Positions 30,948 to 40,183 of a stretch of DNA of 64,000 bases are shown one piece after another. The stretch spans positions 97,108 to 161,107 of the forward strand of contig CAYNRJ010000002.1 of the NCBI GenBank assembly GCA_964399865.1. Reading direction: 5' to 3'. The position numbers were made by a program, and so were the translations under genes. The notes under the pieces are model-generated. The model was given only the letters and a program-made list of their open reading frames with translations. It ran no database searches and was not told where the DNA came from. Every line of letters starts with the position of its first letter. Position 1 is the first letter of the stretch. The stretch comes from an uncultured Candidatus Saccharibacteria bacterium. Lineage in GTDB: Bacteria; Patescibacteriota; Minisyncoccia; Phycocordibacterales; UBA2100.

Positions 30948-32303
30948 ATGTATAGGTTTGCTCGACTCATAACCCCAGTTCTTTTTGTATACTTTGTCAT
31001 TGTATTTTTCCTAAGTGTTTTGCCTATTCTCGTGCAAGCTGAAACCGTTGAGGAAAGACGCATACGCCTTGAACAGGAGCTTGCCGCGATAGAACAGGAC
31101 ATTACGCAAAAACGGGGTGTGCTTTCTGAGAAGCAGAAAGAACGCACTAGCCTGGAGCGAGATATAGCTATTCTCGACAATCAGATAGGGATTGCCCAGC
31201 AACAAATTAGGCACCGCGATATTACGCTAGGAAACATTCGAGAAGATATAAGCGACAAGCAGACGGCAATTGCCGAACTTGATAAAAAAGTAGAGCGCAG
31301 CGAGGACTCCCTTGCGCAGCTAATTCGTCGCACTCGTGAGATTGATGATATTTCTCTTGCGGAACTCGTTCTATCTGGCTCTCTAACTGATTTCTTCCGC
31401 GACATGGATGATTTCGCAACACTTGGAAAAGAGCTTGACGCTTCCTTTGATGAGATGGCCGCCCTTCGATCAGACCTTTCCGCTAGGAAGCAAACTCTCG
31501 AGAATCGGCAGAGCGAGGAAGAACAGCTCCGACGCTTACAAGTGCTTGAGAAGCAATCGATAGAGAAAAAGGAGAGTGAGAAGCAGCAAATTCTCACGGT
31601 AACGAAAGGCGAGGAAAAAACATATCAGCAGCTGATTGCAGAGCGAGAAAGCCAAGCAGCACAGATCCGCTCAGCACTTTTCGGTCTCCGAGACTCCGCG
31701 GCGATCTCATTCGGCACGGCATACCAGTACGCAAAAGAAGCATCCGTTTCGACAGGCGTGCGTCCCGCGATGATCCTCGCGATCCTAAGACAAGAAACAA
31801 ACCTCGGCGAAAATGTGGGGCAGTGTTTACTGACGAACAGTCCAAGTAAGGGTGATGGTAAGGGGAAAAATACCGGACGATTTTTCACGAAAGTCATGCA
31901 CCCTACTCGCGATGTGGATCCATTCATGACTATAGCCGCCACGTTAGGTTTTGATCCGTTTAGTCAGGTCGTCTCATGTCCGCAATCGGTAGGATACGGG
32001 GGAGCCATGGGACCAGCACAATTTATTCCATCTACCTGGATGTTATACAAAGATAGGATCTCGCGAGCGACTGGAGAAACTCCTGCAAATCCATGGAATG
32101 CTCGCACGGCTGTCTTTGCAACGGCAATCTTCATCGCAGACTTAGGTGCTGACGCTGGCACACGCGAAGCAGAGAGACGAGCAGCCCTTCGCTATTTCGC
32201 GGGCGGCAATTGGAACAAGCCAGCTTTTGCTTCCTATGGAGATGGTGTTTTGGGATACGCTGATCAGTATCAAAAAGATATCGATATTTTGGAGGGGAAG
32301 TGA
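30948..32303 (+). CDS. membrane-anchored coiled-coil protein with C-terminal MltB-like (family 3) lytic transglycosylase domain
   Basis: N-terminal TM segment. About 230 aa of heptad-rich coiled coil. The C-terminus carries ILRQETNLGEN and GYGGAMGPAQFIPSTW (the GAMGPMQFxPsTW signature of MltB/Slt35). Confidence 0.7.
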   Translation: MYRFARLITPVLFVYFVIVFFLSVLPILVQAETVEERRIRLEQELAAIEQDITQKRGVLSEKQKERTSLERDIAILDNQIGIAQQQIRHRDITLGNIREDISDKQTAIAELDKKVERSEDSLAQLIRRTREIDDISLAELVLSGSLTDFFRDMDDFATLGKELDASFDEMAALRSDLSARKQTLENRQSEEEQLRRLQVLEKQSIEKKESEKQQILTVTKGEEKTYQQLIAERESQAAQIRSALFGLRDSAAISFGTAYQYAKEASVSTGVRPAMILAILRQETNLGENVGQCLLTNSPSKGDGKGKNTGRFFTKVMHPTRDVDPFMTIAATLGFDPFSQVVSCPQSVGYGGAMGPAQFIPSTWMLYKDRISRATGETPANPWNARTAVFATAIFIADLGADAGTREAERRAALRYFAGGNWNKPAFASYGDGVLGYADQYQKDIDILEGK

Positions 32304-32445
32304 CGCTCCGCAGCGTGCCCCTGTGGAACCCGGACGCACTCTCCTGCGGAGCGCGTCCTCATGCTTCAACGCGTCGCGGCGTCTACGACGCCGTCCGAGC
32401 CGACGCGTCTCCAGAGGTTCCACAGAGGCACGCGGCTTCGCTTAA
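32304..32445 (+). ncRNA. GC-rich (about 70%) structured non-coding element. Long-range inverted repeats; candidate structured RNA or regulatory leader upstream of the plsC-like gene.
   Basis: The arm CGCAGCGTGCCCCTGTGGAACC (32310-32331) pairs with GGTTCCACAGAGGCACGCG (about 32418-32436). Internal hairpin GACGCACTC...GAGCGCGTC. Overlapping ORFs on both strands show no protein-like composition. Confidence 0.35.
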
Positions 32446-32485
32446 AGTAAAAGGACTTTTCTGCTAGGATTCCGCGGGGCCGATA

Positions 32486-33226
32486 ATGGCCGAACAACAG
32501 GAGGACGCAATGTCGCGTTTTCTAAAAAGAATATGGAAGGAACTGTTGCTCGGCTTCAGTTACGGAGTCGGGCTCGTTCTCGGGGTCGTACTGCTTATCG
32601 CACTATTGATCCCGGGACTCGTCGATATTCAATTTCCCGAGCGTCGACCGCGCCGGGAGAGGAACATGATCATTGCCGCGAATCACCAAAGCTTCTGGGC
32701 AGCCTTCATAATCCCGATACTCTTCGTTTCTGAATGGGCAGTTCGCCCTAGGAAGTGGGGACCATACTCTACGCCGGATGCTACTAACTTCGGGAAGCGG
32801 AAGTACTGGTTCTTCAGGTTGGTCGCCGGCCGCGCGATTCTTGTCCCACGAGACAACAAGATCGGTATCCTGCGCGCCTTTGTCGAAATGGTCCAGACGC
32901 TGAAAGACGGTGGACGCATCATCTTCTTTCCCGAAGGCGGAAGAACCTTCAGTGAGGAAGCGATGGAGATCGGTGTCTGGATGAAGAGCGTAAAAGGGAA
33001 AGATCTCCGACCGCTCAAGGATGGGATCGGCTTCCTCTCGTACAAGTCAGGAGCCTCCGTTTTGACGGTCTGGGTTGAATGGAATGGCTGGGGGTGGCGG
33101 TCGTTTCTCAAAGTAGCGCCGCTCACCGTCAAGATCGGGCAACTGCTCCGTTTCCGGGAGGAAATGCCGGCCGTCGAGAGGACCGCAGCGGTACAGGACG
33201 CGCTCCTTCGGCTAGCTGACGAATAG
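32486..33226 (+). CDS. plsC: 1-acyl-sn-glycerol-3-phosphate acyltransferase-like (PlsC family)
   Basis: N-terminal TM segment, NHQSFW (H-x4-D block I), FPEGGR (block III). Confidence 0.75.
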   Translation: MAEQQEDAMSRFLKRIWKELLLGFSYGVGLVLGVVLLIALLIPGLVDIQFPERRPRRERNMIIAANHQSFWAAFIIPILFVSEWAVRPRKWGPYSTPDATNFGKRKYWFFRLVAGRAILVPRDNKIGILRAFVEMVQTLKDGGRIIFFPEGGRTFSEEAMEIGVWMKSVKGKDLRPLKDGIGFLSYKSGASVLTVWVEWNGWGWRSFLKVAPLTVKIGQLLRFREEMPAVERTAAVQDALLRLADE

Positions 33227-33228
33227 GT

Positions 33229-33275
33229 GGGGGCGGGGACTCGTTTCCCGCCCCCGCATTGCTTTTAAGCCAGTT
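33229..33275 (+). terminator. rho-independent terminator after plsC
   Basis: GGGGGCGGGG-actcgttt-CCCGCCCCC followed by GCATTGCTTTT. Confidence 0.75.
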
Positions 33276-33295
33276 TTTTGTATAGTAACGCACAC

Positions 33296-33586
33296 ATGAA
33301 AAAGGATATCCATCCAAAGGAATACCGAGACGTTATCTTCGACGATGTCACGTCGGGCAAGCGTTTTTTGATTGGTTCCACCATCGAGACTGAAAAGACA
33401 GACAAGTTCGATGACGGGAAGACCTACCCGGTTTTCACTGTTGAAATCTCAAGTGCTTCTCACCCTTTCTACACAGGTAACGCAAAGACTATCGACACGG
33501 CAGGTCGTGTTGAGAAATTCAAGGCTCGAACAGCCGCTGGGAAGACGAAGAAAGAAGCTTCCAAGAAGAAAGAGACAGCTAAGTAA
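33296..33586 (+). CDS. rpmE: 50S ribosomal protein L31
   Basis: [10 protein letters not shown]... A TTTTTTGTATAGTAA -10-like element lies directly upstream. The ORF-track start at 33278 is probably 6 codons too early. Confidence 0.9.
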   Translation: MKKDIHPKEYRDVIFDDVTSGKRFLIGSTIETEKTDKFDDGKTYPVFTVEISSASHPFYTGNAKTIDTAGRVEKFKARTAAGKTKKEASKKKETAK

Positions 33587-33663
33587 CTTCCCTACCGCTA
33601 TTTCTCGCCGCTTTGGGTTTTAATGCTACCCTGAAGTGATGTGAGGAGCGGTGTTTTTTATAT

Positions 33664-34650
33664 ATGGCAAATCCAAAAATTAATCCAAAAGACTACGAAG
33701 GCGACCACCGGGTGGCCTATCTTGTTTCTGAATGGAATCGCCTATCCGCTGCAGAGCGTGACGCGACCGAGCTCGTAGAAGTGGATCCCGCAATGCGCGA
33801 GCTCGCCGATAAAGAGATCGCCGATATTTCAGTGGAAAAGGACCGACTCATGGCGCAGATAGAAGCTATCGTTGGGAACGATAACGAACGCGAGTGGCCG
33901 AACGAGCTTATTCTTGAAGTACACGCGGGCGTGGGAGGGGATGAGGCTTCTCTTTTTGCAGAAGATCTCGCCAAGATGTATTTACGATATGCAGAATCAC
34001 GTGGTTGGACTTGGAAACCGCTCGATGAATCTCGTGCCGCAAGCGATGGGTATAAGGAAGCTCAATTTGAGATCAAAGGAGCGGATTGCTATAAGGTTCT
34101 GCAGTTTGAGACGGGGGTGCATCGCGTACAGAGAGTTCCCGCAACAGAGAAGGCAGGCCGTATTCATACTTCGACCGCGTCCGTTGCAATTCTTCCTATC
34201 TACAAGCGTACGAAGATTGAGATCAATCCGGCGGACATTGAAATAGCATTCGCACGTGCAGGGGGTGCTGGCGGACAAAACGTGAACAAGGTCGAGACAG
34301 CAGTCCGACTCTTCCACAAACCATCCGGCATTGAGGTTAAATGCACCTCAGAACGAAGCCAACTTCAAAACAGAGAGAAGGCCATGAAGCTTCTTGCGAG
34401 CCGTCTTCAGCAGGCAAAGGACGAGGAGGACGACCGTAAGCGTGCTGCCGAGAGAAGTGGTCAGGTGGGGACGGGAGATCGCTCAGAAAAGATCCGTACG
34501 TACAATTTCCCTCAAGATCGCATCACTGACCACCGTCTAAAGATGTCCTGGTCCAACATTCCCAAGATCATGGGGGGTGCCTTGGGTCCTATCCTGGAGG
34601 CCCTGGAAAAAGGGGCGACGGGGGACGAGGTCATTGCAGGAGACGATTGA
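33664..34650 (+). CDS. prfA: peptide chain release factor 1
   Basis: GGQ motif ([10 protein letters not shown]) and P-A-T tripeptide (RF1-type PxT). GAGGAG ribosome-binding site upstream. Confidence 0.9.
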   Translation: MANPKINPKDYEGDHRVAYLVSEWNRLSAAERDATELVEVDPAMRELADKEIADISVEKDRLMAQIEAIVGNDNEREWPNELILEVHAGVGGDEASLFAEDLAKMYLRYAESRGWTWKPLDESRAASDGYKEAQFEIKGADCYKVLQFETGVHRVQRVPATEKAGRIHTSTASVAILPIYKRTKIEINPADIEIAFARAGGAGGQNVNKVETAVRLFHKPSGIEVKCTSERSQLQNREKAMKLLASRLQQAKDEEDDRKRAAERSGQVGTGDRSEKIRTYNFPQDRITDHRLKMSWSNIPKIMGGALGPILEALEKGATGDEVIAGDD

Positions 34651-34698
34651 TTCTGATAGTATTCAGCGGCCCGAAATCGTTCGGGTATTTATATAACC

Positions 34699-35412
34699 AT
34701 GTCAACAGTAGGAAACTATATTCAGACCCTTTTCGACGCAGGAGCGCATTTTGGCTACTCCCGCGCGAGACGTCACCCTACTGCAGAACCTTTCCTCTTT
34801 GGTACCAAAGACCGCACTGACATTTTCGACCTTGAACTCACAGAAAAGCGCATTTCTGCAGCTACTGCATTCGCAGCCTCGATCGCAGGCGCAGGTAAGC
34901 AGATCCTCTTTGTCGGTGGCAAGCATGAAGTTTCCGAGATCGTAAAGGCGGCTGCTGAAAAAGCTGGCATGCCATACGCTGCAGGACGTTGGATCGGAGG
35001 CACTCTCACGAACTTCAAGATCATCCGCAAGCGTATCGACCGCCTTGAGAAGCTTATGAAAGAGCGCGAGAGCGGCGAACTCGATAAATACACAAAGCGC
35101 GAGCGCCTTCTCATCGACCGCGAGATTCAGGAACTCTTGGTACGTTTCGGCGGACTCGTCAGCATGACTGATCTTCCTGCCGCAGTTTTCATAATTGATA
35201 CTCGTCACCAGGAGATCGCAGCACGTGAAGCAAATCAACTCTCGATCCCTATAATCGGACTTTCAAGTTCAGATTGCGATTTCTCTCTCGTCCAATACCC
35301 AATACCAGCGAACGACACTTCTGTTCGAAGTGTACGTCTCGTTGCGAACGCGATCGCTGAAGCGTATCTCGAAGGGAAGCGCGCTCCAGTTACAGAGAAG
35401 AGCGCGAAGTAA
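34699..35412 (+). CDS. rpsB: 30S ribosomal protein S2
   Basis: Full-length S2 (LFDAGAHFGY ... RWIGGTLTNF ...). Confidence 0.95.
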   Translation: MSTVGNYIQTLFDAGAHFGYSRARRHPTAEPFLFGTKDRTDIFDLELTEKRISAATAFAASIAGAGKQILFVGGKHEVSEIVKAAAEKAGMPYAAGRWIGGTLTNFKIIRKRIDRLEKLMKERESGELDKYTKRERLLIDREIQELLVRFGGLVSMTDLPAAVFIIDTRHQEIAAREANQLSIPIIGLSSSDCDFSLVQYPIPANDTSVRSVRLVANAIAEAYLEGKRAPVTEKSAK

Positions 35413-35483
35413 GCACAGGGTTTATCCGACCAGGAGCTGTTTGAGTTTTTGCGTTCTGGCTCTATTATCGACTCTACACACAT

Positions 35484-36068
35484 ATGGCAATCACCACAGA
35501 AACCATTAAAGAACTTCGAGACGCTACCGGCGTCTCTGTCATGCAGTGCAAGAAGGCACTTGAAGAAGCAGGAGGCGACATTGAGAAGGCAAAGATTATC
35601 CTCCGAAAGCACAGCAGTGCGATAGCAAGTAAGAAAGCCGACCGTGCTCTTGGAGCAGGTGTTGCCGCTGCATACACGCACGCAGGTGGGTCCGTCGTTG
35701 GCGCAGTTGTCCTCGCATGCGAAACGGACTTCGTCTCGAAGAACGAAGATTTCGTTAAACTCGCATACGACATAGCAATGCACGTTGCTGCCATGAAGCC
35801 GCAATTTAGGACTCGTGAGGATGTGAAAGAAGAAGATATAAAGTCTGCACGTGAAGTATTCGAAAAAGAGGCAGCCAATGTCCCCGAGGCTATGCGCACA
35901 AAAGCAGTTGAAGGAAAGATAAATGCGTACCTCAGCGAAAAAGTACTCTTGGATCAACCCTTTGTGAAAGACGGGACGATTACGATCCGCGGACTCCTCG
36001 ACTCCGCGGTACAGAAGTTCGGCGAGAAAGTAGAACTCGTGCGTTTTGAGCGACTCTCTGTAAAATAA
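35484..36068 (+). CDS. tsf: elongation factor Ts
   Basis: The N-terminal UBA-like motif ELRDATGVSVMQCKKALEEAGGDIEKA is diagnostic. Classic rpsB-tsf synteny. Confidence 0.9.
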   Translation: MAITTETIKELRDATGVSVMQCKKALEEAGGDIEKAKIILRKHSSAIASKKADRALGAGVAAAYTHAGGSVVGAVVLACETDFVSKNEDFVKLAYDIAMHVAAMKPQFRTREDVKEEDIKSAREVFEKEAANVPEAMRTKAVEGKINAYLSEKVLLDQPFVKDGTITIRGLLDSAVQKFGEKVELVRFERLSVK

Positions 36069-36073
36069 GTATC

Positions 36074-36661
36074 ATGATGCTTGAAGCGATCGTCTTCATC
36101 GTTGCTTTTTTTGGACTAATTGCGCTTTTCGCGCTCAAACGGTGGGAGTCAGGTCGCGGACAGATCATTTTCCCGGGAATAAGAAGTAAGGCGGATGATG
36201 GCGCGCGTAACATTAAGTCCATCTTGCTTGCTCTCTTGTGGTACGGCAAAAAATTGCCTCGGATCCTTGTTGCTCTCACTCGTCTCGGAGTTCATGTGAC
36301 TGCGGTCACCTTTGGCCACCTTGCACACTATGTTGGAGAGAAATCTCACGCGCTCGCAGACTTCGTATCGTATAAACATCGCTTCGAACGCCGGGAGACG
36401 CGCTCAGAATTTCTTCGCCAGGTCATAGAACACCCGATAACAAATCGTACTGCGCCTTCCGTAGCGATTCCACCGCGCGTTAACGAGGAAATCCCAGTTA
36501 GGGATGAGGTCACTCCGGAGATTGCCACTCCAACCATGTCTGAAAACGCTCCTGAAGCTCTCCCCGAAACGCCTGTCGTTAAGAAAAAGCCCGCTCGTCG
36601 AAGGCGCATACTCTCGCGTAAAAAACTTGAAATTCCGGTCGATAACGGGCAAGATAGCTGA
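36074..36661 (+). CDS. hypothetical membrane protein
   Basis: ORF immediately after tsf. N-terminal TM helices and a Lys/Arg-rich C-terminus. Confidence 0.5.
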   Translation: MMLEAIVFIVAFFGLIALFALKRWESGRGQIIFPGIRSKADDGARNIKSILLALLWYGKKLPRILVALTRLGVHVTAVTFGHLAHYVGEKSHALADFVSYKHRFERRETRSEFLRQVIEHPITNRTAPSVAIPPRVNEEIPVRDEVTPEIATPTMSENAPEALPETPVVKKKPARRRRILSRKKLEIPVDNGQDS

Positions 36662-36665
36662 TACT

Positions 36666-36740
36666 GCCGCCTTAGCTCAGTTGGTAGAGCAACGCTTTTG
36701 TAAAGCGAAGGTCCCCGGTTCAAGTCCGGGAGGCGGCTCA
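36666..36740 (+). tRNA. tRNA-Thr (anticodon UGU)
   Basis: Hand-folded cloverleaf. Acceptor GCCGCCT/AGGCGGC, D-arm GCTC/GAGC, anticodon loop TTTGTAA (anticodon TGT), T-arm CCCGG-TTCAAGT-CCGGG. CCA is not encoded. Confidence 0.9.
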
Positions 36741-36905
36741 TGAACGAAGTGAGTGAGATGACTCCCGGACTGTGAGGGGGTCGGGGAACGGGAGTTCCCC
36801 GTGGAGGAAGGAATGGGAAAACCTAGGGTTTCCCAGTTGTCCGCGGTGGCGGCTCATGAATGAAGCCAGTGATCGGTAGTGAGATGACTCCCGGACTGTG
36901 AGGGG
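36733..36905 (+). repeat. tandem direct duplication (2 copies, ~113-nt period) beginning with the last 8 nt of tRNA-Thr; att-like
   Basis: GGCGGCTCATGAA(C/T)GAAG ... TGAGATGACTCCCGGACTGTGAGGGGGTCGGGGAA occurs at about 36733 and about 36846. Tails diverge (CCCCGTGGAGGAAGG vs CCCGCGTGGATGTTGAGGAAGG). Confidence 0.75.
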
Positions 36906-36921
36906 GTCGGGGAAAGAGGGG

Positions 36922-37635
36922 TTAGTCCCGCGTGGATGTTGAGGAAGGGGTCGAGGTGGCCTTCTTTAAAGTGGCGAGCGCAGGAACCGATTGATGGATA
37001 TCCTCTATATCTTTAAATCCATAGTGAGCTACCCCATTTATGACAAGTGCTGGGAGTGTGTTTTCAACGTTGTGAATTTGCACAAGGGTCTGCAGCGCAG
37101 GAAGGTCCAGATTGTAATCAAATGAATAGACTCGGAGTTGTGGGTACGTCTCGGAGAGTGCTGTTAATACGTACCCCTGTTCCTCGCAGTCCTCACAGTC
37201 GCCCTCGTTGGAATAAAAATAGAGGATGAATATTGGTTTCAATTTACATTTATCGGCGACCTTTTGCATAAGGAGTAGATCTTTCAACTGGAGCAGGGAA
37301 TAGTACCGTTTTAGCTGCGTGAGTTCGTCGGAATTAACTCCCACCTGTGACTCTAAATACGCGAGGCGCTCACCGAGTGGTCGTATGCCTGTTGAAAGGA
37401 CAGAATTCTCAGATATATCCATGCACGAGTGTTCCGCCAGCAGTTCGAACTGTGTTTCTAGAGAAAGAATATCGACCGCGATATTCTCTTGGGCGCTTTG
37501 AATTTCTGCCACACGCTTGTTGCTAAAATACGTGCTCGCATAAAAAGCAGTCACAAAGATCGCTGTCGTAATGATGAATGCGACTACATAGTTGCCCCAG
37601 CGAGCTTTACGCGTGCTTACAATAGGTTCTTCCAT
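36922..37635 (-). CDS. membrane-anchored thioredoxin-fold protein with CxxC motif (CEDC)
   Basis: N-terminal TM segment. YFYSNEGDCEDCEEQ followed by a thioredoxin-like beta-alpha pattern. Confidence 0.5.
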   Translation of the reverse strand: MEEPIVSTRKARWGNYVVAFIITTAIFVTAFYASTYFSNKRVAEIQSAQENIAVDILSLETQFELLAEHSCMDISENSVLSTGIRPLGERLAYLESQVGVNSDELTQLKRYYSLLQLKDLLLMQKVADKCKLKPIFILYFYSNEGDCEDCEEQGYVLTALSETYPQLRVYSFDYNLDLPALQTLVQIHNVENTLPALVINGVAHYGFKDIEDIHQSVPALATLKKATSTPSSTSTRD

Positions 37636-37641
37636 ACTTTT

Positions 37642-38871
37642 TTATCTCCACGAGACACCAGTTTTGAATAGCGCTCTAACTACCGCAGTGCATAGCCATA
37701 TAGGTGCGAGAAAACTATAAAACAGAAGGAACAGCGGCGTTCCCGCAGGTGGTCGTCTCGTGCCTGTACCAATGAGGGAGCCGATACAGATCAGTGTAAA
37801 AATAAGGACGAGGGAGATGCTTATGAGAAATAGCATCGCACTTGTATTGATATAAAACAATTCAAAACGAGGGTCAGGGAAGACACCAGTCATTAGTATT
37901 CGTTCCACGAGCTGTACAAGCGATATAACGCTGTACAACAAGATCTTTACGAACAGATAGATACCTGCACTGATCGAGAGTAGGAAGGCTGGGAAAATAA
38001 TCAGTCCTAAATTTCCATACCTGGAGTTTCCGATCATAAAGCGATAATCCGCGACGTTGCGGAGCCATCCGTACCACCAACGCACTCTTTGTCGGAAAAG
38101 GCTGCGAACCGTACTAGGAGCTTCCGTGTGGACTGTAGCGCCCGGAGCGTTCGCAATGAGGTGTCCCGCGACCTGGAGGCGGAGTGCCATCTCCATGTCT
38201 TCAGTTGAGTGACCGTGTCGCCATCCGCCGAGCTCTCGGACGACACTCGTTCGGAAGATCGAGAACGCTCCTGGAGTGATGAATACAGCGCCAAGAGTAG
38301 CGAGAATGAATCTATTGAACACGCTGAGTCGATACTCTGCATTCTGCATATGCTGCAGAAGTGTTTCTGGATTTCGTACGTGAATTCCTGGGGTTACTGC
38401 GGCTATCTTTGGATTTTGGAAAACCTGTGCGATACGGAGGAGTGCCTGCGGATGCACCACAGAATCTGCATCGAGACAGCCAATGAGATCTGCATCAGTA
38501 TTAGCGAGCGCGAGATTCATCGCGGTGTATTTCCCCCCGTTTTCTTTTCGGTAGATCTTCACGCGAGGGTCGCTCGCATATTCTGAGATGACCTCAAATG
38601 TTCTATCTGTTGATCCGTCGTCGACGATCGCTATCTCTAATTTATCTTTCGGGTATGAAAGGGAGAGTAGGGAAGCAAGAGTTGCGGCTACTCCGCGCTC
38701 TTCGTTGAAGCAGGGAACAACGATTGCAACTTTCGGTAATGCAGACAAAGGTATCTGCTCAGGGGTAGTCTTTTTTACGAAGCGTCGTTCAAGGAAGGAG
38801 ACGAGCAAAAACACCTCAAAAAAGAGGGAAACGAACAGAAGCCCATAACTAACAAGGAGGCCTATTTCCAT
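37642..38871 (-). CDS. GT2-family processive glycosyltransferase (cellulose/PNAG-synthase-like), multi-pass membrane
   Basis: VAIVVPCFNEE, DDGSTD, LDADSV (DxD), QRVRWWYGW (QxxRW). TM helices at both ends. Confidence 0.85.
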   Translation of the reverse strand: MEIGLLVSYGLLFVSLFFEVFLLVSFLERRFVKKTTPEQIPLSALPKVAIVVPCFNEERGVAATLASLLSLSYPKDKLEIAIVDDGSTDRTFEVISEYASDPRVKIYRKENGGKYTAMNLALANTDADLIGCLDADSVVHPQALLRIAQVFQNPKIAAVTPGIHVRNPETLLQHMQNAEYRLSVFNRFILATLGAVFITPGAFSIFRTSVVRELGGWRHGHSTEDMEMALRLQVAGHLIANAPGATVHTEAPSTVRSLFRQRVRWWYGWLRNVADYRFMIGNSRYGNLGLIIFPAFLLSISAGIYLFVKILLYSVISLVQLVERILMTGVFPDPRFELFYINTSAMLFLISISLVLIFTLICIGSLIGTGTRRPPAGTPLFLLFYSFLAPIWLCTAVVRALFKTGVSWR

Positions 38872-38939
38872 AGCAGCTAGCGGCCAATTATAGCAAAAAA
38901 CCTCGCTTTTGTAAGCTTCGGGCTATTTAGGGATGCCTA

Positions 38940-40073
38940 TTAGCGGATCTCAGCTCCGTACGTCGCTTTAGTCTCTGCCTCAAGCTTTTTATGTAGGGTA
39001 TCTATCTCAGCGTTGGTGAGGGTTTTGTCGCGGGAGCGATATACGATGCGATAGGTATAGCTGAGTTTCCCAGTGCCGAATTTCTTCTCATTCTCGAATT
39101 TATCCAAAAGCTTCACCTCCTCCACTACGCCGTCTCCCACGACCTCACGGATAAGATCAAAATAGTTGTTCGGCACGAAATCATTTTGCACAACAAACGA
39201 GATGTCTCGAACGATCGGTGGATATTTGCTCACCTCTTTATACTTTGTGCCAAGTTTCAATTGAGCTGTGACGCGCGGATCATCCGACCACAAGAGTCTG
39301 ATGTCGGGGAGTTCCATACTTGCTATTGCGAGTCGTTCAAGTCCGAATCCGAATGCCCAACCGTGGTACCCTTCGAGTCCGAAATTTTTCAGAACACTCT
39401 TTCTCGCCATGCCACATCCAAGCATCTCCACCCATTGTCCGTTGATCTCTGCTTCCATTTCAAAGCTAGGATCGGTGTAAGGGAAGTTGTGGTCGTAGAA
39501 TCGGAAGTTGATGTTTCCGAAGATGGCACGTGCGATTTCCGAGAGAGTATTCTTTAGATCCTCAGGCGTGATCGTTGCCTTGTCGTCGGGGCCGACGAGG
39601 AGGCCACCGAACTGATGAAAGACGTTCATGTGTCTGCTGTCGATCTCATCTTTTCGGTACACTTTTCCGTAACAGATGGTCCCGAGTGTCTCCTTATTCG
39701 CGATTCGCTTTTTTACATCCGGATGATTGAGGTAGTAGTACCAAAATACCGTATCATGCGTGCGAAGAACATGTTTTTCGTCGAGGTAATAGGTATCCGA
39801 TGGGCTCCGCGCTGGATGACCCTCGGGCATATTGAAGAGATCGAAAAGAATGTCTATAGATACGATCTCAGGAATATTTATGACATCAAAGTTTTCAAGA
39901 CTCTTCACTTTCGAAGCACGTGCAACTATCTCGGAGAGCGGGTTGCCCGGTGTGCGAGAGAGGTCCGGCATTGCAAGATATCGTTTAATTCGTTCTGAGT
40001 TCGAATCATTTTTTTTCTGCAACGCTTCTCGGAGCGTCTTTTCCTCGTCGCGTGGGATGAAATATTCAGTCAT
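38940..40073 (-). CDS. pheS: phenylalanyl-tRNA synthetase, alpha-type catalytic core fused to a C-terminal FDX-ACB anticodon-binding domain (monomeric, mitochondrial-like architecture)
   Basis: Class II motifs (FPYTDPSFE, GFGLERLA). The C-terminal ~95 aa (SKYPPIVRDISFVV...FDLIREVVGDGVVEEVKLLDKF...YRIVYRSRDKTLTNAEID) resemble the FDX-ACB domain of PheT-B8 / FARS2. No adjacent pheT. Confidence 0.85.
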   Translation of the reverse strand: MTEYFIPRDEEKTLREALQKKNDSNSERIKRYLAMPDLSRTPGNPLSEIVARASKVKSLENFDVINIPEIVSIDILFDLFNMPEGHPARSPSDTYYLDEKHVLRTHDTVFWYYYLNHPDVKKRIANKETLGTICYGKVYRKDEIDSRHMNVFHQFGGLLVGPDDKATITPEDLKNTLSEIARAIFGNINFRFYDHNFPYTDPSFEMEAEINGQWVEMLGCGMARKSVLKNFGLEGYHGWAFGFGLERLAIASMELPDIRLLWSDDPRVTAQLKLGTKYKEVSKYPPIVRDISFVVQNDFVPNNYFDLIREVVGDGVVEEVKLLDKFENEKKFGTGKLSYTYRIVYRSRDKTLTNAEIDTLHKKLEAETKATYGAEIR

Positions 40074-40140
40074 AACAGGAATTGAAGCATATTAATCGAT
40101 AATAGCAAGGTATATAGCCATATTTTACCCACATTCCCGC

Positions 40141-40169
40141 TTACTGTACGTGGTTTTTTCTGGTATACT
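40141..40169 (+). promoter_or_regulatory. putative sigma70 promoter of gyrB
   Basis: TTACTG-17 nt-TATACT about 15 nt upstream of the ATG. Confidence 0.35.
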
Positions 40170-40183
40170 ACAGAGAACAAAAC

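Noticed and set aside
32142-32445. Two overlapping ORFs (93 and 99 aa) on opposite strands in the GC-rich spacer
   Set aside because: Arg-rich, palindromic DNA gives open frames on both strands. Interpreted as structured non-coding sequence.
35235-35957. 240-aa minus-strand ORF antisense to rpsB/tsf
   Set aside because: It overlaps two highly conserved, correctly oriented ribosomal/translation genes. Antisense artefact.
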